From Eledone cirrhosa (lineage: Eukaryota), in the NCBI GenBank assembly GCA_964016885.1, contig OZ024740.1:243660001-243724000 (forward strand): a stretch of DNA of 64,000 nucleotides. The letters are read 5' to 3'. Shown here in pieces: positions 38,616-49,590 of the stretch. Numbering within the stretch: position 1 is the first letter of the stretch; each line of letters starts with the position of its first letter. The notes under the pieces are model-generated. The model ran no database searches, was not told where the DNA came from, and saw only the letters and a list, made by a program, of their open reading frames with translations. Both the position numbers and the translations under genes were made by a program.

Positions 38616-39809
38616 AGGCAGGGTTCCGACCAAAACGTTCCTGTGCAGAGCAGATTTTTACGCTCCGTCACATCATTGAGAGGTACAACGAATTCCAGAG
38701 GCCCCTCGCCATCAGCTTCATCGATTTCTCCAAAGCATTCGATAGCCATCGACCGTCGCTCTGGAGCATCATGCATGAGTATGGTCTGCCCCAGAAAGTC
38801 ATTTCGGCAATCAAACAGATTTACGCAAACTCCAAGTGCTGCATACGGACAGAGGATGGTTACAGTGACTGGTTTGGTGTGGTTACTGGTGTGCGTCAAG
38901 GTTGCTCGCTCTCTCCAATTCTCTTTGCCATAGCCATTGACTGGGTACTAAGAAGAGCGTCTAAAGACCAGGGTATATCTTGGGTGGGAGAGCAAAAGTT
39001 GTCTAACCTGGACTTTGCGGACGATATTGCTGCACTTGCAGAGAGCACAGCTGACCTGCAAATCATTATGAACAATATCAATGTCGAAGCAGGAAGCTTA
39101 GGTCTCAATATCGGTGCCAAGAAGACCAAAAGCATTTTATCTGGGACACCCCACCACCAACCAGTGTCTTCATTGAACAGGGGGAGGTGGAGATAGTGGA
39201 CAACTTCACCTACCTAGGAAGCTCCATTAACAATGAGGGCACCATGGACAGTGAACTGCAATGTAGAATGGGAAAGGCTTCAGCAGCATTTAACCAGCTT
39301 GACAAGATCTGGAAGAGCAGGAAGTTCACCCTCAAAACAAAGATGAGATTCTACAACAGCAACGTGCTGTCCACACTCTTGTACGGAAGTGAAACATGGC
39401 ACCTTAAGACCAGCCAAGATAAGAAGCTGGACGCATTCGATTCCAGATGTCTGCGAAAGATCCTGGGGATCAAATGGAGTGACCATGTAACAAACCAGGA
39501 AGTCAGGAACCGCAGCACCAACCAGCAGCTAGTCTCTTCTACCATCTACAAGCGACGCCTGGGCTGGTTTGGACACGCTTTGAGACTTCCCCGGAGAGAC
39601 TGGCGAACCAAGTACTTAAATGGAGCCCGCAGGGAAGCAGACGGAGAGGGCCACCCAATATGAACTGGCGCCAGACAGTTGAGAGGGACCTGCGAGCGAC
39701 AAACAGACAATGGCGGGACGCTGTGCAACTGGCTGCTGACCGAACGCGATGGAACACTATGATTGCTTCATGCGCCGCAAGACGCGGGAGTTTCTGAGGC
39801 TGAGTCTGA
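38616..39809 (+). mobile_element. 5'-truncated RTE-clade LINE, frameshifted reverse transcriptase
   Basis: Motifs FIDFSKAFDS, GVRQGCSLSP, DFADD, FTYLGS, LLYGSETW; short (CTGAG)-type 3' repeats; 11-bp TSD GATCCGGCAAC (38605-38615, 39810-39820). Confidence 0.92.
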
Positions 39810-39997
39810 GATCCGGCAACTTTCGCTCCATAGCTCAGTAGGTTAAAACACCAACTAGTAATATGGCGAACATGTGTTCGAATCACCCACGATCCTTCGT
39901 TCGCTATTTGTTACTTTAAATTGAGATTTTTCGTGTTTTGTTTATGTTATTTTAGTTTGTCAGTCTTAATATTTCAGTTTTACCGTTAACTACCCGT

Positions 39998-40071
39998 GGC
40001 TCCATAGCTCAGTTGGTTAGAGCGCCAGTCTAGTAAACTGGAGGTCGAGGGTTCGAATCCCTCTGGAACCT
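39998..40071 (+). tRNA. tRNA-Thr(AGU) with C3-A70 acceptor mismatch
   Basis: Cloverleaf intact except 3' strand TGGAACC. Confidence 0.5.
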
Positions 40072-40310
40072 TCATTTGCTATTTTTCATCTTTTTCTTGT
40101 TTAACATTATCAGTTTTAATATTTCTGGTCTGCGATCCAACAACTGTCGCTTCTTAGCTTAGTAGATTGAAACACCAATGCAGTAATATGGAGTTCGAAT
40201 CTCCCTCCAGCCTTCTTTCGCTATTTTTCATTGTTTTGGTACTTTACATTGTGATTTTTCCTAATTTCGTTATTTTAGATGGTCACTTTTAATATTTCAG
40301 GTTCATCAAT

Positions 40311-40384
40311 GGCTCCATAGCTGAGTTGGTTAGACCGCCAGCCTTGTAAGCTGGATGTCATGGGTTAGAATGATCTTAGATCTT
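40311..40384 (+). pseudogene. tRNA-Thr(UGU)-type pseudogene at array edge
   Basis: Anticodon arm CCAGC-CTTGTAA-GCTGG; D- and T-arms decayed. Confidence 0.65.
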
Positions 40385-40525
40385 CCTGTTTGTTTTTTAG
40401 TATTTTAAATCGTCAGTTTTAATATTTCAGGCTTGTAGTTTAACAACAATAGCTCTTCCGCTCAGTTGGTTAGTCTGCCAGTCTAGTAAATTAGAAGTTT
40501 AGGGTTCGTATCCACCTGGAGCGTT

Positions 40526-40855
40526 GTTTGTGGAAGGTTGTGCAGGATGTTTAGATTGATGGTCGGCTTCTTGCTGCCCTGATGTCATTATTCGAATGAC
40601 CGAGTATTTGTGTTCGGGTGAATCGAAACAATTCAATGTGGGAGTCGGATTCCGTCAAGGGTGCATACTGTTATGTATCCTGTTCATTGTTTACATGACT
40701 AGGATTGTCATGCGCAGCTGGGTTGGAAGTGGTATCATGACTGGCGGGTGTAAAATCAGCCAGCTACAATTTGCAGACGACATGGTGTTACTTATCTTGA
40801 CAGATGATTTCTTTGGAGATTGTTGGATAACATCCATGAGTTTGGCTGGTCTCAA
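40526..40855 (+). mobile_element. Internally deleted RTE-like LINE fragment (same family as 53268-54320)
   Basis: GVGFRQGC..., SGIMTGGCKIS.LQFADD shared with the minus-strand copy at ~54 kb. Confidence 0.8.
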
Positions 40856-40859
40856 CCCG

Positions 40860-41510
40860 GGCGAACATCCCCTCAATCTTAGAACCACCTGGGTTGTCCA
40901 GAAGTGACAGCAAAAGACCTGACGGCCTTACCCTGTGCCCCTGGTCGAGAGGCAGGTACCTTATCTGGGACATCACTGTTAGTGACTCCTTTGCTCTTTC
41001 CCACATCCTGGATGCTGCGGTTAGGACGAGAGCCACAGCTTCCGCAGCCGAGCAGAGTAAGACCCTCAAATACTCTGATCTGTCGGCCAGCTACATTCTT
41101 CAGCCTGTGGCTTTCGAGACGTTTGGGGGAGCCAGGCCGCTGCCTGCGAGGTTCCTCTCTTCAATGGCGGCTCGTCTAATAGAGGTAACTGGCGAATCTC
41201 GCGAGGGCGCCTGGTTGTTCCAGCGCATTAGTCTCGCCATCACCAGAGGCAACGCTGCGAGTGTGCTGGCTTGCCTCAAAAATCATTAGAGAGGTTTCCC
41301 AGTACCCCTCGCTGCTGTCTTTTGCTCTGGTGTTGGCTCGGTTGTTCACCCCTTCTATTTATAATGTTATTTAAGCATTTGTAGTGTTATTCCTGTATAT
41401 ATTTAAAACATATTTATGTTATTCTACTGTAAATTTATTTATATGCTTTGTATATATCATGTGTTTATATCTTCACTCCCATTTGTAACGTTATTTAATA
41501 AATAATAAAC
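40860..41510 (+). mobile_element. 3' end of a CRE-like non-LTR retrotransposon (restriction-like endonuclease domain plus 3' UTR)
   Basis: RPDG..PW....LIWDITV...AEQSK..KY......PVAFETFG...LFQRISLAITRGNA; stop at 41289; AT-rich UTR ending AATAAATAATAAA. Confidence 0.8.
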
Positions 41511-41539
41511 TTCATATATATATATATATATATATATAT

Positions 41540-42017
41540 AGGAAAGTAAAAAACAAGGCAGGAGTAAAAGTTACGAAAGGTATTAGGTTCACGCTTTTTG
41601 AAAGTGTGGGGGGACGACGACATTTCGGATATAAGCCCTTCATCGGGAGAGTGGTGGGAAGGAGGAGGAGGAGGAGAGGAGGAAATGGGAAAAAAAAGTT
41701 AAAAACAAGTGGTGAAACGATGTGAGGCGTGTAGAGATGGTGGGTGGATGGAGGGAGAAGGGGTCCGAGCGGGGAGAGAGGAAGGTGGTGTGTATGTGTG
41801 TAAGTGTACGTGTGCGTGTGCGTGTGCGTGTGTATGCGTGGATGTAAGTGTGGGAGTCTGAGGGAGAGCGGAGTTGCATAATTGGGTTTTGGAAAACCAT
41901 TGTGTACGTTGGGGTGGAGTGTAGGTCTGTGAATGTGTGCGTGAGGTTAGGGGTCGGATGGGGTGGAGGAGAGAGTGTGCGGAATCCGGAGGCGGAGTGG
42001 GTGTATGTGAAGATACA

Positions 42018-42078
<61 letters not shown>

Positions 42079-44362
42079 TGCGGATGCGTGGGAGTGTATG
42101 GTTGCGTGTGTGCGAAAATGGTGTAAGTGTGTGTGTGTGTGTGTGTGTTTATGTGTGGTGCGGATGCGTGGGAGTGTATGGTTGCGTGTGTGCGAAAATG
42201 GTGTAAGTGTGTGTGTGTGTGTGTGTGTGTGTTTATGTGTGGTGCGGATGCGTGGGAGTGTATGGTTGCGTGTGTGCGAAAATGGTGTAAGTGTTTGTGT
42301 GTGTTTGTGTACCTGACTGGTTTTCCGGTGTGTGGGTAGAAGGAGGGCGAGGATCCGGGTGGTTCTCTTCTTAGATATCCGAATGTGTGATCAGAGTGAT
42401 AAGGTCCGAGGAATTGGTGAGGAGGAAGTAGAAAGTTGTGGGGCGCACGCAACAGGAAGTGGTCAAGATGGTCAAGGCAAGGGGTGGAGATGGCAGGGTG
42501 AAGTGAGCGAGAGAGGGAGAGGAGATAGCAGTGAGAGGGTAGGGAACAGTCAGGTGAGTGGTAGTTGGCAGGTGTGGCCTTTATGTGTGTGTGGAATGTG
42601 TGTATATGTGTGCGGAGGTGCGGTGGATGGGAGAGGGGGTGGGTCGGTGTGAAAAGTTGAAGGAGAGGGTGGTGGTGTGTGTGTAGGGGGTTGTGTGTAT
42701 ATTTGTGATGGTGTTAGTAGGATGTGTGGGGGGAGGGGGGTAGTAGTGGGGGGGTGCTGGGTACGTGTGTGTAAGTATATATATATACTAGTGTGTGTGT
42801 GTACGTGTGGGTGTGGTAGGGTGGGTGTTAGTATTATTTGTGGTGGTCGAATATAGGTGTGTGGGTGGGGGTTAGTGGTGGTAGTAGGGTGTGTGTATGG
42901 GTGTGTACATAGGTATGGGTGAGTGTATATATGCTGGTGCGTGTACGTGTGTGCATTGTGAGGGGGAAGGTGGGTTGAGGGCGGGGGAGGGGGAGGGGGG
43001 TTGTGTTATTAGTGGTGGGGTGGTCGAATGTGGATGTGTGGGTGGGGATTAGTGGTGGTAGTAGGGTGTGTGAATAGTGTGAGTGAGTGTATATACTGGT
43101 GTGGGTGCGTGTCGAGGGTGTGGGTGCGTGTCGAGGGTGTGGGTGCGTGTGTGGTAGGGGGAGAGGGTGTGTTAGTAATATTAGTGGTGGGGTGGATCAA
43201 TGTGGATGTGGGGTTGGCTGGAAGTGGACGGGAAGTGTTTTAGTGGTGTTAGTATGGGGGGAAGGAGAGAGGGGTGGAGCACGGTCGAAGGCCAAAGGAA
43301 GAGTGGTGGGGAGTTCAAGCTGGGAAGGGGCGGGAGGGTGTCCTGTAAAGTGAAGATGGTGCGTTGTTCGGCCCTAAGTCGGGCGTCGGGAGTCCGTGGC
43401 ACTCAATCAGGCCGAAGACGGTTAGGTGGCGAGCGGAGTGTCCGGCGGAGCCAAAATGGTAGACAATGGGGGAACTCCGTGAACCGATCCGCCAGGCGAC
43501 GTCCGGTCTGTCCGACATAGGAGTCCGTAGACAAGGTTATAGGAGGTGCAGTGGAAGGCATGCCGGACAGAGAGAGAGAGTGGCCGTTGGGACCCTGGAA
43601 GGTGGTGGTGTTGGTAATGTGGGGGCAGGTGTGGCAGCGGGGTCTGAGGCAGGGAAAGGAACCGGGGGGGGAGGTAGGGAGCTGCGGACGATAGGTGGCG
43701 GCGATTGCACGCCCGTTTGAAGGAGGGGAGGGTGTGAGTGGGAAGATGGGGGGGTGGAGGGTTGGACTAGAGGCGGAGGATGGTTTGTTGGAGGAGTAGG
43801 GTGGCGGGTGGTAGGTGAGGGGGAAGGGGAGACGATGGGTCGGAGGCGGTGGCGTGGGATGAGGGCGGTGGATCGGCGGATTGCCAGGGCGCTAGTGAGG
43901 GCGGCGTGGACGAGGGAGGGGCTAACCCCTCCGGGTGAAATGGCTGACCAGAGGAAGAGCCTGAGTCTCAAAGTCAGCATCTCGGCTGCAGAGGCGGTGG
44001 ATCCGGAGGAGTTGGGAATTAAGAATGGAGTGTTTGGTGTGTGTAGGGTGGGAGGAGGTGAAGTCGAGGTAGGAGTGGGAGGAGGTGGGTTTGAAGAAGG
44101 CGGCGAGATCGATGACGGAGATGTCCAAGAAGTGGACGTGGGTGGTGGAGATAGAGGTGGTGAAGTGGAGGGAAGGGTGGAAGAAGCAGAAGAAGGAGAG
44201 AAAGGTGTCGAGCTGTTCTCGGGTGAGGGTCCTGGCCCCGATGCAGTCGTCAATGTAACGACTGTACAGTTCGGGCGTGGGACCGGTGTATTAGGCAAAG
44301 ATTTGGGCCTCGACATGGCCGACGAAAAGGTTGGCATAGTTGGGCCCATTCTTGTGCCCATG
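41540..44362 (-). mobile_element. Decayed Penelope-like element (RT, GIY-YIG remnant, terminal region)
   Basis: Minus-strand RT fragments MGTRMGP, YIDDCIG, FLDISV, KPTSSHSYLDFTSSHPTHTKHSI..SQLLRIHRLCS; CTSYNLVY-like endonuclease remnant ~43520-43555; hammerhead-like remnant ~41615-41650. Confidence 0.8.
42022..42310. repeat. (GT)n microsatellite plus 3 copies of a ~80-bp minisatellite
   Basis: GGTGCGGATGCGTGGGAGTGTATGGTTGCGTGTGTGCGAAAATGGTGTAAGT repeated three times. Confidence 0.9.
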
Positions 44363-45660
44363 TATCATCATCATTTAATGTCTATTTTCCATGCTTGCAT
44401 GGATTAGACATCCATCATATGCTATAGCCAGACTGGTCAGGTGACTAGATCCCGCTCATATGCTTTGTTTGACTTGTTTTCTATGGTTGGATGCCCCTCC
44501 TAACACCAACCACTTTACAACATGTACTGGGAGCATGATTTCGACAGCTGGATACCCTTTTTAACACAAACCACTTTACAGAGTGTACTGGGAGCATTCT
44601 ATAGTGACTGTGACACTACCACCTTACAAGGTGGACTGGTGCTTAGTGTATATAGTGTGGGGGGGGGGGCATCATGTCATTGCTGGGAGGGGGGATCTTA
44701 GTCAAGTCATTTATATACTGCTTAGGGCATGTGGTTGAATGGTGTCCATCATTTGGGTGTGTGCCAGGCTTTCATTGTTGTTTTTATGTCCACTTTTCTA
44801 CATTTGCATGGATTGGATGGGTCCTTTTCAACACAGCATCTCTCTGCTTGCCGCGTTCCTTCCTCATCACCTCTGTGAGTTTCAGCAATGTGAGATCAGC
44901 TCTCACCATCTCTGCCCAGGTCATCCTTGATCTTCCTCTACTGCAGCTTCCTTCTACTAGGATTTGCTGGCACTTCTTCACCAAGAGATCATCACCCATG
45001 CCTACATTATGTCCATGCAAGGCCACTTCCTTAATGGGATTGGAATCCTGTCTTCTTTCCTACTTTCTAACACTTTAGTTATTTCTAAGTTTACTCTCAG
45101 CACTTTTGATTGTTAATTCTGTTTCTACAGTTGAAACTTATTCTCTAGTTCTTCTATCGATTCAGCTATATGGACATCTGCATAAAGAAGTTTCAATGGA
45201 CAGTCAATCTTAAACTCCTCTGTTGTGGCCTGGAAAACTATAATGAACAGAAAGGCATGTGGCTTAGTTATTAAGATATTTGGTATACAATTATATGGTC
45301 ACATTGTGTCGTTGAGCAAGATATTTTGTTTCACGTTATTCCAGTCCTCTCAGCTGACAAGATTGAGTTGTACCTTTAATTCAAAGGGCCAGCTTTGTCA
45401 CATACTTTCACACTGAATTTCCCTGAGAACTACATTAAGATTTCATTATCACTGTTTAATGACCCTTTTTGCATGCTAGCTTGGGTTAGACGAGTTGTCC
45501 CATTGTGAGACAAGTAAGATCAGATGACCCTGTCTTGCTCATACTGAGCTGTTTCTGGCTTGCTTTCTATGGCTGGATGCTCTTCCTAACATCAACCACA
45601 TTTACAGTGTGAACTGGGTGCTTCTTGTTGTGACACCAACATGACCACTTTACAGTGTAA
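44363..45660 (-). mobile_element. Cluster of decayed SINE-tail and RTE-like LINE fragments
   Basis: GGATGCCC..CCTAAC.CCAACCACTTTACA motifs are the reverse complement of the tail at ~49800-49860; GRSRMTWAEMVRADL (ORF 44784-45026) resembles an RTE C-terminus. Confidence 0.55.
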
Positions 45661-46329
45661 TCCAGGCACCTTTTCGCTAATTTACAGTGTACATATACTT
45701 GCATGTTACTGGCAGTATACACTAATACCAAATGTAAATACAGAATGTCATAACTGAATTTTTAAATAATTTTGAATGTATAGTATGCTGTTATTTTTTA
45801 AGTATACTGTTATTTTGAAAAATTTTAACCAAACTGAAAATAAAATCCCATAAATCTATAAATCAATTTCTATATTTTTAATGAAGACTTTTTACTGTCA
45901 AAGAGATAAATATGTTTTCTTATGAAATTACGGCATTGCAGTCAATACCACATCTTCATACATATACATACATCTTCATACATATACATCATTTGTTTGT
46001 TTGTTCTTTACAAAGGAGATTTCTTTCAAACAACTTGTACATATATTGTTTTTTTTTTGTTAAACATACATATGCCATGAATTCTATCACCACCAATTTG
46101 ATTGCTCCAGCTCCTCTAAAAATAAAGGATAAATTTACATGGTTTTAATTTCTTCTACATTTAATATTTTAATTCCTTCTATTATTCGTTTTTCCCTACA
46201 CTTGTCAATACTGTTTTTATAAGGCCCTTATAAAATTTTCAAAATAACAGTGTATTATACATGTATCAATTTTTAAAATGTTTAAATAATTGGGGCATAT
46301 TCTAAAATAGTGTACACTTTACACATTAA

Positions 46330-48634
46330 CAAATAGTTCAAAATTGTATTACATGCAGTCCACTATATTAAGATCAATCGTTTGAGTTCACTAGATGATT
46401 GTGTAAATCTATCAATAATTGCTTCTGCATCCAATTCATTTAACAAATCCTTCCCAATGAATAGCAACATATAGGATTCCAAGTTCTCCTCAGACAGTGA
46501 ATTTCTTAACCTTACTTTATGACCTTTAGTTCTGAAAATAACCTCTCACATTGGACTTGGGTAACTGACAGTGTGCAAATGACTTTATAAAGTTCATAAA
46601 GATTATCATATGCCTTGTCATGAAGTCTGTTGGATGCCAGAACGTTTAGTACACATGATGGGCAAGTGATGCAAATTTTACAGTTGTTGCAACTGGAACC
46701 CATATTCTCACCATCATTGAACAATAGCTTTAATGCATCAAAGTTTGAAGCAAAAGAACACAATTCCAATTTTACTTGATTGTTGCTGATTTGTGGAAAC
46801 AACTTAATAATACAATCTAATGCTTCATCTTCAAGATCCTTCCTTCTCTGCAATAGTTTTAAACTTTGCTGGGTCCCTGCAGGATAAATCTTTATACAAC
46901 TGTTTGTGTGATTCTTATGACTGGATAATACAATCCATTATTAGGTTAAACACGGCGGTGGATTGGCAGTATCGGTAGTGGGTCGGACGCCATGCTTTCC
47001 AGCATAGTTACGTCCCTTTACGATCTGAGTTCAAATCCCGCCGAGGTTGACTTTGCCTTTCATCCTTATGGGGTCGATAAAATAAAGTACCAGTAATGCA
47101 TTGGGTAATTTCTGGCCTTGTGCCTAAAGTAGAAACAATTATTAGGTTAAACACATTTACTCGAAAATCAGCTAGAGAATCTGAGGAATTTCCTTCATCA
47201 TTAACAAGCTCATCTGCCATTCTTTCTTTCTTCCTCTGTCATTTAACTGGCAATGCTGTTTTCAAAGTATCAATTTCCAATATATGATTTTCATCCATAT
47301 TCTTCTGTGCAATCTTGTCATTACATTTATTTACAAATGTTCTTGTCTGTACCTTAAACTTGTTTTGTAGCTGAATCTACCAAACATCATGTAAACATAT
47401 CTAAACCACTTGTCTATAGATAACTTGATAATGGGGCTGTAGTTTCAAATATATACAAGTAAGTAAATGCTGTCAATATGGTTTGAAACTTTAGACTTTG
47501 AAGTAAAACATTTGCTTTATATTTTGTTTTTGCATCAAACTTGTCTGAATCTTGCATCATTGATAAATGTGTCAATAGATTGACATAAATACTGACAGTG
47601 GCATCATCAAAGCGTCCAAATATAGTTGTTGCTGCATTGGATTTTCCTGACCATCTGGTCTCACCAATTAGTTTTAATCGTTTCATTATTTCTTGTAGAT
47701 GTTTACCAACAACTTCTATCCATACAGCCATTCTCTTGTATGACACCTTTACAAAAGTTGCTAAATTCTAGAGAAACTTCAGGTACACAATATTTTGTTG
47801 TTTCAGTTATCACCAAATTCAAGACATAGGCATAGCACCATATATGAACATGTTGATCTGCCAGCGATTGTACTTTGTAACCCATTATACTTCCCATGGT
47901 AACTTGTAGCACCATTTGTGCTATCAGATAAACATTTTTTAGGGGAGGGGGTCAATTTTAAAATGCTGTAACGTTACAGTCAATAGACCCAAAAGTCCCT
48001 ATCCTGTACCATCATTACTTGGCACAACTGAAAGTAGTCGCTCACAGATAACACCTTTAAGCACACACCAAATAATAATGTTAAACTGATCGATGGATGA
48101 ATTATCTTGTGTTGAATCAACCTGAATAGAATAACATGGATGTTCAGCAAAAAACTGTTTCAGATTTGATTGTGATGGACATTGGAATATTCCAGTCACT
48201 GATCTTTCATTTTCTTGTAAAGGTTCATTTACAGAACGTGCTTCAGAAACCAAGTCATTTATGTCTGAAGTAATATTTGATCCCATGTCACTAGTTAAAG
48301 CTATGTACTCATATGTTGCAACTACAGGCTGTACAGATACTGGAACAATGAAGCCAGTAGTACAGGGCCTAGGTTGATTAGAAAAGGATGTACTTGTATT
48401 TTTCTCTACATCCAATGTCACTCTTCCTTGTTCTTACAACTCATATGTCACTGCATCATCACCATGGCTCTTGTTTCTTGTTTCTCGATTATTTGTTGCA
48501 GAACAGGACATTGATGTTGATGGTGGTTGCAGTATTATAAAATTTGCAATAGACCTGCACCGCTTGGCTGACTCCTATCTTTCTGCTTCATGTCTCTTTT
48601 TACGTTTCAGTGATCCAGATTTATGCTTTTCCAT
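46330..48634 (-). pseudogene. Decayed hAT-superfamily transposase (ZMYM1-like type)
   Basis: Fragments IQVDSTQD, HIWCYAYVLNLVI, ETRWS, SVTQVQCERLFSELKVIK (hAT dimerisation domain); many frameshifts; interrupted by a SINE. Confidence 0.85.
46954..47137 (+). mobile_element. SINE inserted in the hAT transposase
   Basis: B-box-like GAGTTCAAATCC; 17-bp TSD ATTATTAGGTTAAACAC (46937-46953, 47138-47154). Confidence 0.9.
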
Positions 48635-48729
48635 GTTGGTATAAATTAAACCAGACAAATCACTACTTTATATTATCATTTTTTATGCAAATGATATCAA
48701 AAAACAAAATTTGGAACATTATCTCCTTC

Positions 48730-49492
48730 GACTGTTCACTGTAAAAGGATTTTTTTGCAGTAGCATCTGCTTGCAGTGTTGGGGCATAAACACTAATGAT
48801 GGTGAGGAATTGATTATCTTGCAAGGGAAGATGGAGAGACATCAGTCGGTCAGTATGACCAGCTGGGAGATTTTCCGAGATGGTTAGCAATGCTGTTTTT
48901 TTATAATGAAACCAACTTCAGACAGCCTGTAATTGTCTAGCCTTGCCAGACTAGTACAAGGTGAAGCCTGCACTGTGTTCCACCAGAGAACCCTGCTTGG
49001 TCAGGTGACCTCGCTCATGGCAGCAATGTCAATGTTCAGTTGATCAAGCTCCTTGGCTACTAATGCTGAACAACTCTGTGAGCGGTTGTTGTCATCAGAA
49101 TACTGCATGGTGCGAACATTCCAACATGCTAGCTTGAGACTTCTCATCTTTGTCATTTTCTTTGTAATACTTTTCTTTTTGTTTCCACCAGTGATGAGAT
49201 GTCTGTTGGCAACAGTGAGCCAACCAGGTGAGGGTGAAACAAGCTTGTCTAGAGCAACTTCTCTAGGTCCGTCTCCTTGTGGAACAAGCAGTGTTGTCTC
49301 TTTAGAGAGCTGCTTGGTCACCTAGAGTGCCGCCGAGTGCTGCTGTTGTCTCGTTCAGCAGGCAACTGACACATACATCTGAGCCACGTACATGTGGAGT
49401 TGAGACTGCGATATCCAGTCCATCTAGTACCTGTCGGTTCACCCCCTCTCCATTGTTGTAGGACTATTAATAACAATAACTTCCCCCATGCT
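48730..49492 (-). mobile_element. RTE/BovB-like LINE 5' portion (AP endonuclease plus 5' UTR)
   Basis: LACWNVRTM, ELDQLNIDIAAMSEV, DRLMSLHLPL, TIISVYAPT motifs. Confidence 0.85.
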
Positions 49493-49590
49493 GTTTCAAC
49501 ATGCATATATGGAGATATATGTACATATACATATGTGTGTGTGCATGTATGTATATAACTATATAAAAAATATATACATATATGGAGGTA

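Larger units (their letters stand above)
1..40525 (+). repeat. tRNA-Thr-derived tandem array / satellite with higher-order repeat structure
   Basis: tRNA-like monomers (..CATAGCTCAG..GTTAGAGCGCC..GTTCGAAT..) recur about every 120-400 bp with T-rich spacers. Near-identical blocks recur at offsets 1227 (61 vs 1288), 2898 (361 vs 3259; ORF pairs 456/3354, 1762/4660, 2465/5363) and 3671 (3354/7025, 5363/9034, 6094/9765). Last monomer ~40451-40524. Confidence 0.95.

Noticed and set aside
1-40525. CRISPR-like repeat-spacer array
   Set aside because: Repeats are tRNA-derived, spacers are themselves repeated, there are no cas genes, and the context is eukaryotic.
41640-43520. Long His/Thr- or Cys/Val-rich ORFs
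   Set aside because: Translations of (GT)n and G-rich low-complexity DNA.
49320-49492. HDV-like ribozyme at the RTE 5' end
   Set aside because: Plausible for RTE elements, and a CTCCAC..GTGG word is present on the minus strand, but the nested pseudoknot could not be assembled.
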